A DNA stretch of 64,000 nucleotides from Styela clava (Eukaryota). Below the pieces are notes generated by a model. It was not told the DNA's origin. It saw only the letters and a program-made list of their open reading frames with translations, and searched no databases. Location: the NCBI RefSeq assembly GCF_964204865.1, contig NC_135256.1, forward strand, positions 18,786,001 through 18,850,000, in the 5' to 3' direction. Below are positions 41,779-53,502 of the stretch, piece by piece; position 1 is the first letter of the stretch, and every line of letters starts with the position of its first letter. The position numbers and the translations under genes were made by a program.

Positions 41779-44700
41779 ATGGCTACTGTTTTCCCACCTC
41801 CTTCTGGGGGTCAAGCTATTATTGAACAGTCACCATCACAAAATCTTCCTGGAGTACAGAGACCTAGGTAATACAACTTTTTTTATAACTATTTGAAACT
41901 GGAGAATACCACAGATGTTGTCTGGTTGTTATCTTGAACTTGTTTTGATTCACCAAACCATTTTATTTCAGTCTGTGTGTGACCATGCTTGATCAAGTCA
42001 TAAGTCAGTTATATAATCTATACTAGATATGTTGACCCCATTATTTTCGCCTTATAAATATAATAAATTTAACAAGAGTTAATATTTTACACCTGCTCTA
42101 AGTCAACCATTGAACTACTATATTTGCACTTGAACAAAGCTAGAAAATTTGATTCTGCTCCTTATCTCTTTTATTCCTTTATTTTTCAAACAACTCCTTA
42201 ATAAAGGTTACTCTGTGTAGCCTATAGGATTTGTTTTATGCTGGACCCTCATAGGAGGTTTAAAGTTAACGCCCCTAGAAAAATTCTCATAAGATGTAAG
42301 GTGATAATATATTTATGAGAAGTTTTCAAGTAAACTCTATGTTCTATCTTTTCAAATTGTTATAAAGAGCTAAGTTATGCATTGTCATCTTTCTTGTAAA
42401 GTATTGGAACCAATTTGAAATTGTTACTGAGTGCTTATTGGTTTTGGTAGAAAATTTGGTACTCTCGTAGTGTGTGTACCAGGTTAGGGTTAGCCCAAAA
42501 TTGCATTTCGATTTCCCTTATTTTAGTTCTATTATGAGTTCGGGGACTGTCTATGTTAGCCAAGTGAATATAATCCATGCCCATAGGTTTTAGTTCCTTT
42601 ACACAACTTGATGTAGAGTATGCGAACAAAATTAGTTACCTCAATATTCGTACACACACTTCTGGACCACCGGAAATTTACTATATCTACCCTAAGCTCT
42701 ACAAATAAGTTGCTCAATATTATGCTTTTATTTTACAGGAACTACACTCCATATGTTTTTCAACCAAACTTTTTAAAGCAACAAATAAAACAAAGAGTAA
42801 ATGAACTCATTCCAATGTTACCGAATTCTGTTGCATCGGGTGCAAACAGCGCACCACTTGGTGACCCATCAGATAGATTTCGTAATATGAATTCACACAT
42901 GCCGAATCAACCTAGTAGTTCGAACCATACACAAGCTTCGAATAGTATGCAAAATTCATCTTCAGCATTACCTGATGACATCACTGGAAGGAAAAAAATG
43001 GGAAGGAAGGTGATTGATTGGACATCATCATGTGCTCTTCATTTAGAAGTAAGTTCCAAACGATAAGGTTGATTAGTTTTCAACAAAATTTGTTGTATAA
43101 AGCTGAACCCTTTGATACCTGGGGTATACTGCGATACTATAGGGTGAGCTACTTTACATATCGTGCTGCAGGACTTATCTACCATGTGAAATGAAAATAT
43201 CTCTATTTCACTATTAAGCATTTTATTCATATATTTAAAGGTACACATTCCAGATTATTATGTGCCGTTAAGGGTGGCCGCTAAAGGACCTGAAAGGTTG
43301 TTGAGCATTGCCCCAGGTCCTGAGCCCACCCGTAAATAGGTCTCTCATCTGTTGGTTCTCAATAACTGCTTCAATAAATAGTTTTATGAGTTTCTTCCAG
43401 CTTCCGGTGCTTCAGTGGTCATCTACAACTGTACTTCTATTGCACATGTAGGAGTTATGACCTCACGCTAAGCAAATATTTACAAAACAAAAATATTTTA
43501 ATTTTAATAGTGCATTAAAAATAATATTTTTTGAAATTTTCCCAGACCACTTGCAAAACAGCTGTAAAGCATTATTAGAATTCTAGCGCGTTTTAGTGCT
43601 ATATTCTTATATGTTCATTAATTAGAAGTTAGAACCCTGTTTATTACTATGAGCATTGGTAAGGATAAATTGTCTATACCTGACAAAACTATCACTGAAA
43701 TGTCTACCATGGCTTTTTGTATATAAGTCGGTGATGGAATAGATTCGAAATAGATGCGTCACAATTCTCATCTTAGCAATTGGATTTGCAAAACAAAGAA
43801 AAATCAATGGTATTTTTTGACCTGATTCATACCTACGGTAATTTCTATTTTGCTATAATATTCTTATCTATTTGAACAGAATCGAAGATTTGACCGAGAC
43901 TTCACTGATGTCCCAGAATTAATGCCAAATACTTCTTTTAATATTGAAATGCAATCTGTAATTGCTTATAGAGGAAATCCAGTTTCCAGTATAACTTCAA
44001 AATTTGTTCGGAGTGCAACAAATAAAATGAAATGTCCAGTTTATAAGGTGAGTATTTCAGTCAAAGTTTTCTTAACACGAGGCTTTGGCTCCTGATCCAA
44101 CACTTATAGTAGGAATCTTTTAGGGCAGGGGTTTGCAACCTGCGGCCCACAAGGAAAAAATGTGCAGTCCTCGTAGAAGTGTGAATTTTGAATTGTGCGC
44201 TGCCGGCAAAACAAGATTTTAATTTAGTTCATTGGGGTATGTGCGATCAACCACAATAACTTTGCGTTGCATATCCTACACCTGAGTTCAATTTATTATC
44301 TATGCCTATGACATTACAATGCTTTTTTTGTGCCTGCAAAAGGAAAAAATTGTGCAGTCCTCGTAGAAGTGTGAATTTTGAATTGTGTGCTGCTCGCAAA
44401 ACGAGTTTTTAATTTAGTTCATTGGGGTATGTGCGAGCAAAAACAATAACTTTGCGTTGCATATCCTATACCTGAGTTCAATTTATTATCTATGCCTATG
44501 ACATTACAATGCTTTTTTTGTGCCTGCAACTACCAGAAAACCTATGTCAAATAGAGGTGCAGCCCCAGTTATTTGTATCCGTCCCTGGTATTTGAGGTTG
44601 CACACCCCTGTTTTTGGGCATCAAAAAAAGGGCCAACAACTGGCACACAAACAGATATGCTATTTTGATATTAGTTTCCTGTTTTTTTTCCAAATTAAAG

Positions 44701-47700
44701 CTGTTTTATATGTTTCTTCAATGCACAACTTCTATAGAAAGATAAAATTTCAATATTGGGGTGTTGATACATAAACTATATTAATTCGGGTCAGAACTGG
44801 TATATAGACAATATACAGTCCTCTCCTTTTTTGTGAACTAAAATAGTTTCGAGTCATTACCCTCTGTTAATATTTGTCAGAAGGCATCTTGTGTCAAGCA
44901 GTATTTATTGCCACCACAATAACTTTATACAGTTTCTTGTGGCCTTCCTTTTGTGGATGTTTGCTGTTGCTTTTTTTTATACTAAATGCTTTGAATTCAT
45001 ATATCATTTAAGATAAATTAAAAAGATATTGAGACATTTTTGTTTTAATTTTAGGTTGTTTGGACTCCTGATGGTCGACGTCTCGTTACAGGATCTGCTA
45101 GTGGAGAGTTTACATTATGGAATGGAACTGCATTTAATTTTGAAACTATTCTTCAGGTAAGAGGAAACTCAAATTCTGTGACAGATTCCTAGATTAGTCT
45201 GTTGTGACGAATTTCTATTGAATTTGACTGATTTTTCATTTTAGGCTCACGATTGTCCAGTCCGTGCAATGGCTTGGTCAAACTACGATAGTTGGCTTAT
45301 TACTGGAGATAATCAAGGTTACATCAAATACTGGCAATTAAATATGAACAATGTTAAAATGTATCAAGCACATAAGGACCAAGCTTGTAGATCAGTAAGG
45401 TAAGAAACTTGACTTCTGTCAAGAATTTCTCCATTCCTCACTTAGAAGAATATTTTTTAGTGGGTCAAAAAAATGATCATTTATTTGGCACTTGGCAGAC
45501 TACTGCCTGTCATGTGTCATCATTGTATAATCTGGGTTAGGTATAGGCATAGCTTGCAGTAAAAGTTTCAAATGCATGGACGCTAATTGAAGCAAGATCT
45601 AATAAGCTGTTATGTGAACCACGTGATTCGAAAGAGTCTACAACTTCCCGAACATAATCAATATATGATGGGTTCTACTAGACACACAGCGTCATTTCCT
45701 AGCTTTTAGAAGGATACACCCGTTTCCAAAGGGGATCAGATTATTACATGACTACCGTAATCTCATTTTTCTCTAATGTACTGGTCATTATTAAGCTTCA
45801 TTGTGATAGACGATGTCCTATGTTTTCATAATGTTGGAAAATCTCAATTTTTGTTTTGAGTATAAGAATAGAAATTTTTTTTTTGGCAGGAAAATTGCTT
45901 TGGATGACTAATTAATATTGTTTGATTTTTCTAGTTTTGGACCAACCGATCATAAATTTACAACAGCTAGTGATGATGGTACAGTAAGAGTCTGGGATTT
46001 TTTACGGTGTCATGAAGAAAGAATTTTAAGAGGTCACGGTGCAGATGTAAAACAGGTTTGTTAAAAAATTTCTTCAATATAAATGATGATATTTTACAAG
46101 ATTGTATGTTTTTGGTTCGTCCATGCGGCCTAATTTTTTAGTGTGAGATAGAAAAATAATTATCAAAAATGTGTCTTCATCTTCTTACTTTGTGAATGAC
46201 TCAATGATTCAATACCATATGCATAAACCTTAACACTTTTTTCATTCAAAAATTTAGGTTGCCTGGCATCCAACTAAAGGTATTTTAGCATCAGCAAGTA
46301 AAGATTTACATACACCTGTTAAACTATGGGATCCAAAGTCAGGACAGAGTCTTACAACATTGTGAGATATTTTATGTTTTTTTAAATTAACTTTCACATC
46401 TTCTTGAACTCTTTTTGATTAAATGCACCACTTACAAACGTGATAGAAAAGTAGATTATAAAGCTGAATGGGTAAAGAGATATACTTTCTGGGCCTTGAT
46501 CCATTGTAAAAAACGAATTATATATTAGAATCAATACAAAAATATTCTCAATATTTCTAACTGTTCTTGCAAATAATTTTATTTGAGAAATCACCAATTG
46601 AAGTCTCACAGTATGATCAAGAATGGCTTTAAAAACCGTAATAATCAGAAAAATAATTAATAAATCAATGTTCATCTCTAACTTTGTTCATTTCATACAC
46701 ATTGAGTATACATTGATTTATATTTTCTCTTTGTTGAACATGTAGAATATATTGATATTCCCTGTTTCAAACTTTTATTTTAGAATGTATTCGGAATAGT
46801 AGTTTATTTGGTAGTCTATCCCCAGCTCCTGCTGTACATATATTTACAGTTGTCCGTTACTATCATCATGCGTAGTATCTTGCACTGCCTCTAACTTTAC
46901 AATCATTTTATTTTGTCAGACATGCACATAAAGGCACTGTTATGGATGTGAAATGGAATCAAAATGGCAACTGGCTTCTTTCTGCTTCTCGTGATCATCT
47001 AATTAAACTTTTTGATATTCGAAATTTAAAGCAAGAAATGCAGGTATTAGGACTTTGATTCTTGTACACGGATGCTGATCAAGTTTTTTTTCTATATTCA
47101 TCACATAAAACATGATTTGCTTAAGTAAAGTTTGGAAGAAATACTGATTTGTTTATTTTTGTCTCGCAAGTCACAACCAAAAAGGGACAAACTGGGCGTT
47201 CCAGTAATTTTTGATTTGAGTGAAATGATTTATATATAGACTTGCAATGGATGACTCGGCAGTGTGTTGAGTACCGTGCTAAGCGCTTGGAATACGCTCG
47301 CCACCGCACCCCTGATTACCCTTCACAGGTTCGAATTCTATGCGGGGATAATTATTTGTGTAACCGCTTGTCGGTTACAGCTTCCTTCACCATCGAGCCC
47401 ATGCATTTGGAAACAAATACTTGGCTACCGTAACTAATTCATACCCGACATGGACTGGTAACGGGACGAGTGGCCGTGGTTCGCCATATGAATATGCCGT
47501 CTAAAGTTTTACTCTCCCCCAGGATAATTATGTAAATCCTATCCTAATTACCGGTAATTAATTAATAATTAATTATCAAAGTTTGCTTTGGTCGATGGAC
47601 ATTAGTTAATAGTATGTTTATAAATTCCATACCTTGTGTCCCAATAAGCTAATTTATTACGGTAAAAAAAATAAAAAAAAATTTTACTAAAATGTTGACA

Positions 47701-50700
47701 AACTATTATTGTTGCTGTCAGGTGTTCAGAGGACATAAAAAAGAAGCATTTTCTGTCTCATGGCATCCAATACATGAAGATTTATTTGCTAGTGGTGGGT
47801 CTGAAGGAAGCATCATATTTTGGCAAGTTGGGTAAGTAACAGATCTATGGATCGACTGTGCTTTAAAATAATTCTGTGAAACCGAATATTTATTTCACAT
47901 GATCTGCATCTGAAATTCACATAAATTTACAGTTTGGTCATCTATAATTTCTGCCAGAATTACCTTTATTATGATCTCAAGATCTATTTTTCAGCAAAAT
48001 CCTGTAATAAACTGGGAGTTTCTTTTGATCAACTGAATTCACCAAAATGCCACCAAACACATTCACACTTTTTCAGTTTGTTTATTTTTTCATATTATTC
48101 AAATGAGAAATCAAAACAGTTTGTTACATCATACTTCGTCATTCATATTTTTATGGTTAATCGATGCACCATTGATTAATGTTGAACCTTTTTGTTACAG
48201 GGAAGAGAAAGAGGCCGGTTGTTTAGAAGGTGCTCATGAGAGCTTAATATGGAGTTTAGCTTGGCATCCACTTGGCCATGTTCTTGTTTCTGGGTCTAAT
48301 GACCACAGCACGTAAGTAGACTCTCCATTGAACAGGTCAACTTATATCACTATGTTTGACCAGCCTAGATCATTGTAGCCAAATTGCATAATTATTGCAT
48401 AATTTATCACTACTATGAAGCCACTATAAAATTAGGAGATATATCTCACTATAAAGAAACTTACTTACTTTTTGCTTTGGATCTAATATTCATCAGAATT
48501 TTTTATACGTTTAGTAATTACGGGGTTACTGAAATTTTTCTGAACCATAAATTTGGCATTGAAGTTTATCACCTCCTCATAGTCTTACAGAAAGTTTATT
48601 CCTAAAAGTTTGAATCTTTGTTTTGTCATGTTTTTTATTTTTTTTTAGAAAATTCTGGGCTCGAAGTCGTCCAGGTGACTCAATGCGAGATCGTTATAAT
48701 TTATGTCTACTGCCTCCTTCACAAGAAGAAAATGTTGCATCAATTGCTCCTGGTTCCCTGAGAGAACATCACGAACTATCAAATGAAGTGCCAGTAATTC
48801 CAGGTTAGTTATAGACTTGTAGTTTAGTTTGGGGATGAAAAATATTTTATAAGTGCCACAGCGCACTAGTGTAACGAGAGGTAATTTTGAGTGTCCGACT
48901 TGAAATATCAATCCATTTCCTGAAAATTAACTGTTCAAGTTTAAAATTTGATATCAAATGATCATATTTGTTAAAATTAACACTGTTAGAGTACGACGGC
49001 TGGCTATACTGGACATTCAGTCATTTCTCATTGTTCATGTGCATTTATTTACAACCATTGATAAAATGTGCATATATTATAAAATATTCCCATTTGTATT
49101 GAATGAGATAGTTTGATTGTTACCAGTGACATTCGTTTGGCATGTATGTCTGATTGTAGGTATGGGTGATGCTGATGTTGCTGCTGCAGATATAGCGAAA
49201 CGAGATGAGGAAGAACAGAAATCCGGAATTCCTGGACTTGACTGGTCATATGAGGAAAAGAATGAATTTGAAAGAAAGGTTAGTTTCAGCGAATTTTTAC
49301 ATGTATCTTTTTGGAAATATAAATCATATCCATTTATTTAAGAGAAGAAAGCCAATATAGCAGCTAATTCATGTGGGTGCAGTCTCATGTCCCCTCGCAA
49401 GATACTGAATACAGAGTTACCTATTTTGCAGAAAAAATTCATTATTCAGAAATTATATTGTAAGAAGAATTCTTTTAAGGATTGGATTTGAAATTTATAT
49501 ATATTTTTCATATATTGTCACTCACTTGAATCTTTGTTGAACCCCAGTTTATCCTAGATCCTAATTTTTTTACCTAAAGTTGTAGCATATTTTACTTCCC
49601 CCAGAACAATACGCTGAGTTAATATGTGGTAAATTTGTTGCAGCTTTCATCGCAGTATGATAGAAGAAAGATACCCTATGCAAGACCTGTTCCAAGAGCC
49701 TTTGTTGCAGCTTGGGAAGCTAATAAGGAAGGTGCTCCTCCAGATCGACCAAGGTCACCTCGTTTCCACGACAGAGATAGAGACTTTGGAAGACATCGAT
49801 GGCGGGACAGGTTCGATGATCGCCCTAGGGACAAACCTGGTCGTGATTTTCGCAACGGACCTAAAGACTCAGATAAAAGTGACGATGACGGTCGAATTTT
49901 TGTTGATGGTTTTGAAGTAACTGCTGATTTTGATCCTGATAAAATCAAAAGCATTCAAGCTAATTCTGAAAACAGGAGACTTAGTCCTGACAGGGGCCCC
50001 ACAGAACGCCCTGGGCATGATCGAGGTATTAGAGGTCCAGAAAGGCTCAGCCCTTATCGAGAAGGCAGGGGACCAGGGCCCTCGGGCAATGATTTAGGTA
50101 GCAGGGGGCCTGATCGGCCAGGCCCTGAATTTGATGGCCGGGGTCCTGGGCATGATTTTGGCGGTAGAGGGCCTGATAGGGGCAGCCGCAATTTTGAAAG
50201 ACCTGGACCCGATCACCTTAGACCTGACATGGGTAGCAGAGGTCGCCTTGGGCCCCCCTCCCCTGAGCGTGCAAGAGGTGAGCGTTTTGGACCAGAAATT
50301 GGTGGCCGGCGACCATCTGGGCCTCCTTCACCTGAACACGCAAGGAGAATTGGTGGAGACACGGGTCCTCCAATGCGTAGGATGTCACACGATATGCCTG
50401 ATAAAAATCGTCTGCGTGATGAATTATATGAACAGGTTAGACGTAGCGGAAATGAAGAAGATATGGCTCTCATACGAGAACTTGAGGAGTATGGTATACC
50501 TTTGGAGGGTGGTTTAGAGCCCGAGATATTTTATGATGAAAATGGAGGACCTATTGATCCACTCGGACAAATGCAGAGACCTGGTATCGATCGGCCACTT
50601 GGTGATGCACCACCTAGTTTAATGGATATGGGCGAATTACCAGCTAGAGGCCGTGGTAGAGGTTTTCGAAATAGAGAAGATAGGGGAAGAGGCCGAAAAA

Positions 50701-50762
50701 GGCGAGGTAGAGGTCGAATAACTCCTCCTAGGATGAGAAGAGGTGGAGGGCCGCCAAGGTGA
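41779..50762 (+). CDS. WDR33: pre-mRNA 3'-end processing protein WDR33 (Pfs2/FY), ~928 aa, 13 exons: 41779-41867, 42739-43048, 43880-44047, 45055-45156, 45245-45399, 45935-46055, 46258-46361, 46920-47043, 47722-47831, 48201-48311, 48649-48803, 49160-49278, 49644-50762
   Basis: Contains [55 protein letters not shown]40 repeats ([41 protein letters not shown]), GIPGLDW and KIPYARPVP. All introns are GT-AG and the total is 2787 nt. The first exon is the least certain. Confidence 0.93.
42458..42671 (+). mobile_element. GG...CC-ended MITE
   Basis: Homolog of 22101-22309. Flanks GAAAATTT / GGAAATTT match at 7 of 8 positions, and it contains GGTTAGGGTTAG. Confidence 0.82.
44126..44610. mobile_element. 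hAT MITE with an internal 190-bp tandem duplication
   Basis: TIRs CAGGGGTTTGCAACCT / AGGTTGCACACCCCTG, flanks TTTTAGGG / TTTTTGGG. TGTGCAGTCCTCGTAGAAG occurs at 44161 and 44351. Confidence 0.88.
47249..47546 (+). mobile_element. tRNA-derived SINE-like element
   Basis: B-box-like GGTTCGAATTC at 47328-47338 with an A-box-like segment upstream. The 3' tail (CCCCCAGGATAATTATGTAAATCCTATCCT) recurs in fragments at ~14530-14612 (+) and ~27845-27875 (-). Confidence 0.6.
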
Positions 50763-51185
50763 TCCCACAAAGTAGCGAAAACCGAGCTGCTTGAGTGGCC
50801 AAAATGTTCTGTTCCAAGGTATGATGACAATCTGCAGAGATGATGCCTTTTCATTGACAAGCTGGTAACTGTCCTTTCAGATGCTATCCTGCGCAAATAA
50901 TGTCTTTTTGAACAATGGTTCCACATAAAAAATGTTCCATGGTGTTTGAATATTTTGTATTTGGTACAGAGAGTTTCTTAGGAAACAGGCTTATAATTAG
51001 TTAAATACATCGTAAAAATATCTAAGCTAAGAAGTATAAACAAATAACAGGGCTCAACAAATCTTAATCCTTTAAAATTGCAGAGATCATGCATCAATAT
51101 GGAAACTTCTTCTGGCACTAACTTTAAGCTTCTTATTTTTATTTACAAACCCTGAAAAGTGAATTTGGAAATGGATGAAATTATA

Positions 51186-53107
51186 TTAAGCTTCTGTTAG
51201 GTCATCGTTAAAATACAGGTGGATGCCAGGTGTCCACTGTTCATAATCCATGCTTAGATCATAAAAGTCTCCATCTTGATCGGATATTCCATTTTCTTCC
51301 AAAGTTTTATTCATGTCCAGTGGAACTCCGTCATGTTTCCATGTGTAACTGCTGGCATGTGCGTTGTACTTGAGATACCTCTTCAATATTTCGTGCATAT
51401 TTTCTTCGGAGCATACCTGAGTAATTAAATTAAGTTTTTCTTCGCAACTATGTCTGTTTTTATGGTCTATTTAAATTAGATTTAGGACGTGGCAGAGTTG
51501 ATTTTTTTATGTGGATGTCAGTGAGCCTTATGGTTCAAGAAAGTGGAATTGATTCCCTGGGACCCTGCTTTGATTGAGTATGGAAGCAATTTTTTTTACT
51601 TATTGAGATGGTATCATAATTTAGTTTAATCAAATGATGTGGTCTATAGTAGACATGGGCAAATTGCGGGCCAAATCCGGCCTGTTTGGTGATTTAATCT
51701 GACCTGCCTGATGCTGCTGCAACCAAACTAAAACCGAATTTTGAGGTTTGATCTAAAAAATAGCTCAAAGAATTTGTTAAGAATGAGATTAAATTTAGTT
51801 TTGGCACAAGGCTTATTGTTTTCCACTTTTGCTTCAGTAACACTGTAAATATTGTTTATAAAATGTAACTTTTTACGTCACACATGGCCCGCCAGTGTAG
51901 GTGGGCAAAAACGTTGGCCCCTGGTCCAAAAACCTTGCCCACCCCGGGTCCATAGGGTAAATTATCATTACTTTTTGTAAAATATTTCCATTCCTATGAC
52001 TGGTGATAGCTTGCGCTCATTGTATATTTCGCCATCAAACCTGTTAGTTAAGTAGAATGTTTTCATACATTTGCCCTGAACAAAACTTTATTGAATAGGC
52101 ATACCTCAATAATTTGTTCCTGAGATGTTAAGGTATTAACTATTCTGATCAATCTCGTTTTTGCGCTCAACACTCCAACTTCGTATTTGTTATCTTTCCA
52201 CCAAGGTCGGCCAAAATCGTTTGCCCAGTCTGAAGCAGGACATGATGGAGGGACATGGACAAATCTGCCATGAGGAGTGTGATACTTTCGAGTTCCTGTC
52301 TTCCGGTCTATGTGCGTTCTAATCTGAATGTATCAATAATATGATTGATTTTCAGATTCAACCATTAATATAAAATGGATAGGATAAGTTTATAACTTAC
52401 CTAATCATGCAATTGAATTTGGTATGCACTTCCAAATTTGCTTTATATATTTATATAAAATATAAACTATTATTTATAAAAGTATTATGTAAACTATTAT
52501 TTATAAATTCCCCCATCCTTTGCTTGTGATATGGGTGAAACCAGTTTTTACTAAACATTGGTATAAGTGGGATACAGATAAACACACCCATTCAATAACA
52601 CCACTATGGATTAGGCATAATTTAGGAGTATTAATGAAGAATATTACTAAAAGAAGACTTGCTCAAGTCAAAGCTGTCAAGTCAGATCAATAAATGCAAA
52701 TGAAGTTGGTTTAAAATATGACGACACAAATGAATATTACACTGACTGAAAAAACAACTGTGTAGAAATTGTGTGTAGGAGTGACAAGATAAAAAAAAAT
52801 TAATGAGCTCACATCTGCTGTTTTATCATCAAACCAGTGAGAAATATCTTTCCCCGCATTGCTTATGATGGGTTTCAATAGAATATCACCTAGAAAATAA
52901 AAACAGATAATAAAAATAGAAAGTATTGAAGATGTTACGATTGATGTAATGCAGTCATGTATGGTCAGTTATCTCACCTGAATATTCTTCACAAAGCGGT
53001 GTGAGGTCGTATACTTTCCCCAAATATGATACCCAAACATCTTTTATGGTGTTGTGCAGTCCGACCTCATTTGGTGTATAAAACGATGGGCGTTTATTAG
53101 CTGGCAT
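51186..53107 (-). CDS. CYB5D1: Cytochrome b5 domain-containing protein 1, ~218 aa, exons 52978-53107, 52813-52889, 52105-52323, 51186-51416
   Basis: Contains [71 protein letters not shown] and [10 protein letters not shown]...[11 protein letters not shown]. The total is 657 nt. Confidence 0.94.
51650..51947. mobile_element. hAT MITE
   Basis: Ends TAGACATGGGCAA / TTGCCCACCCCGG. Flanks GTCTATAG / GTCCATAG match at 7 of 8 positions. Confidence 0.78.
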
Positions 53108-53502
53108 TACATTTGTTAAACTTCCAACTTGACGGATCAGAAAACCCAGTCAAATTTCTCTCAGCTTTGTTTGTCTCTATGACGATATTATTCACTAGGT
53201 GGAGGTTGGAGACAAATATTTAGATTTTTATCAAAGTTTATATGTATAGTAGTTTTATAATAATATTTACTGCAAATGCTATGAAATGAATAGTATGATG
53301 TTTTTCATCTTATGTTATATATTTTTTGCATGATTTGCATTGGCGGTATTGCATAATATATAGGGTAATTTCTACATCGGATTCAGTTTACTCGTTTTGT
53401 TGCCATGACGATAAGTGGCATCTAGCTAATGATAGTCGGCTTTCGCTCCAGTCGTGTTTGCTTGGTTCTTAGTTAGTTGATCAGTAAAAATTTGACAGCG
53501 AA
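53108..53502. promoter_or_regulatory. Bidirectional promoter between CYB5D1 and ENKUR with two X-box (RFX)-like motifs
   Basis: 395 bp separate the divergent ATGs. GTCTCTATGACGAT lies at 53173-53186 and GTTGCCATGACGAT at 53399-53412. Forkhead-like cores TGTTTGT (53168) and TGTTTGC (53455) are also present. Confidence 0.65.

Noticed and set aside
47260-47345. tRNA gene
   Set aside because: A B-box is present, but I could not fold a cloverleaf and it continues into a repeated SINE-like body and tail.
49657-50926. Overlapping and antisense ORFs over the last WDR33 exon
   Set aside because: These are expected shadow ORFs of a GC-richer low-complexity coding exon.
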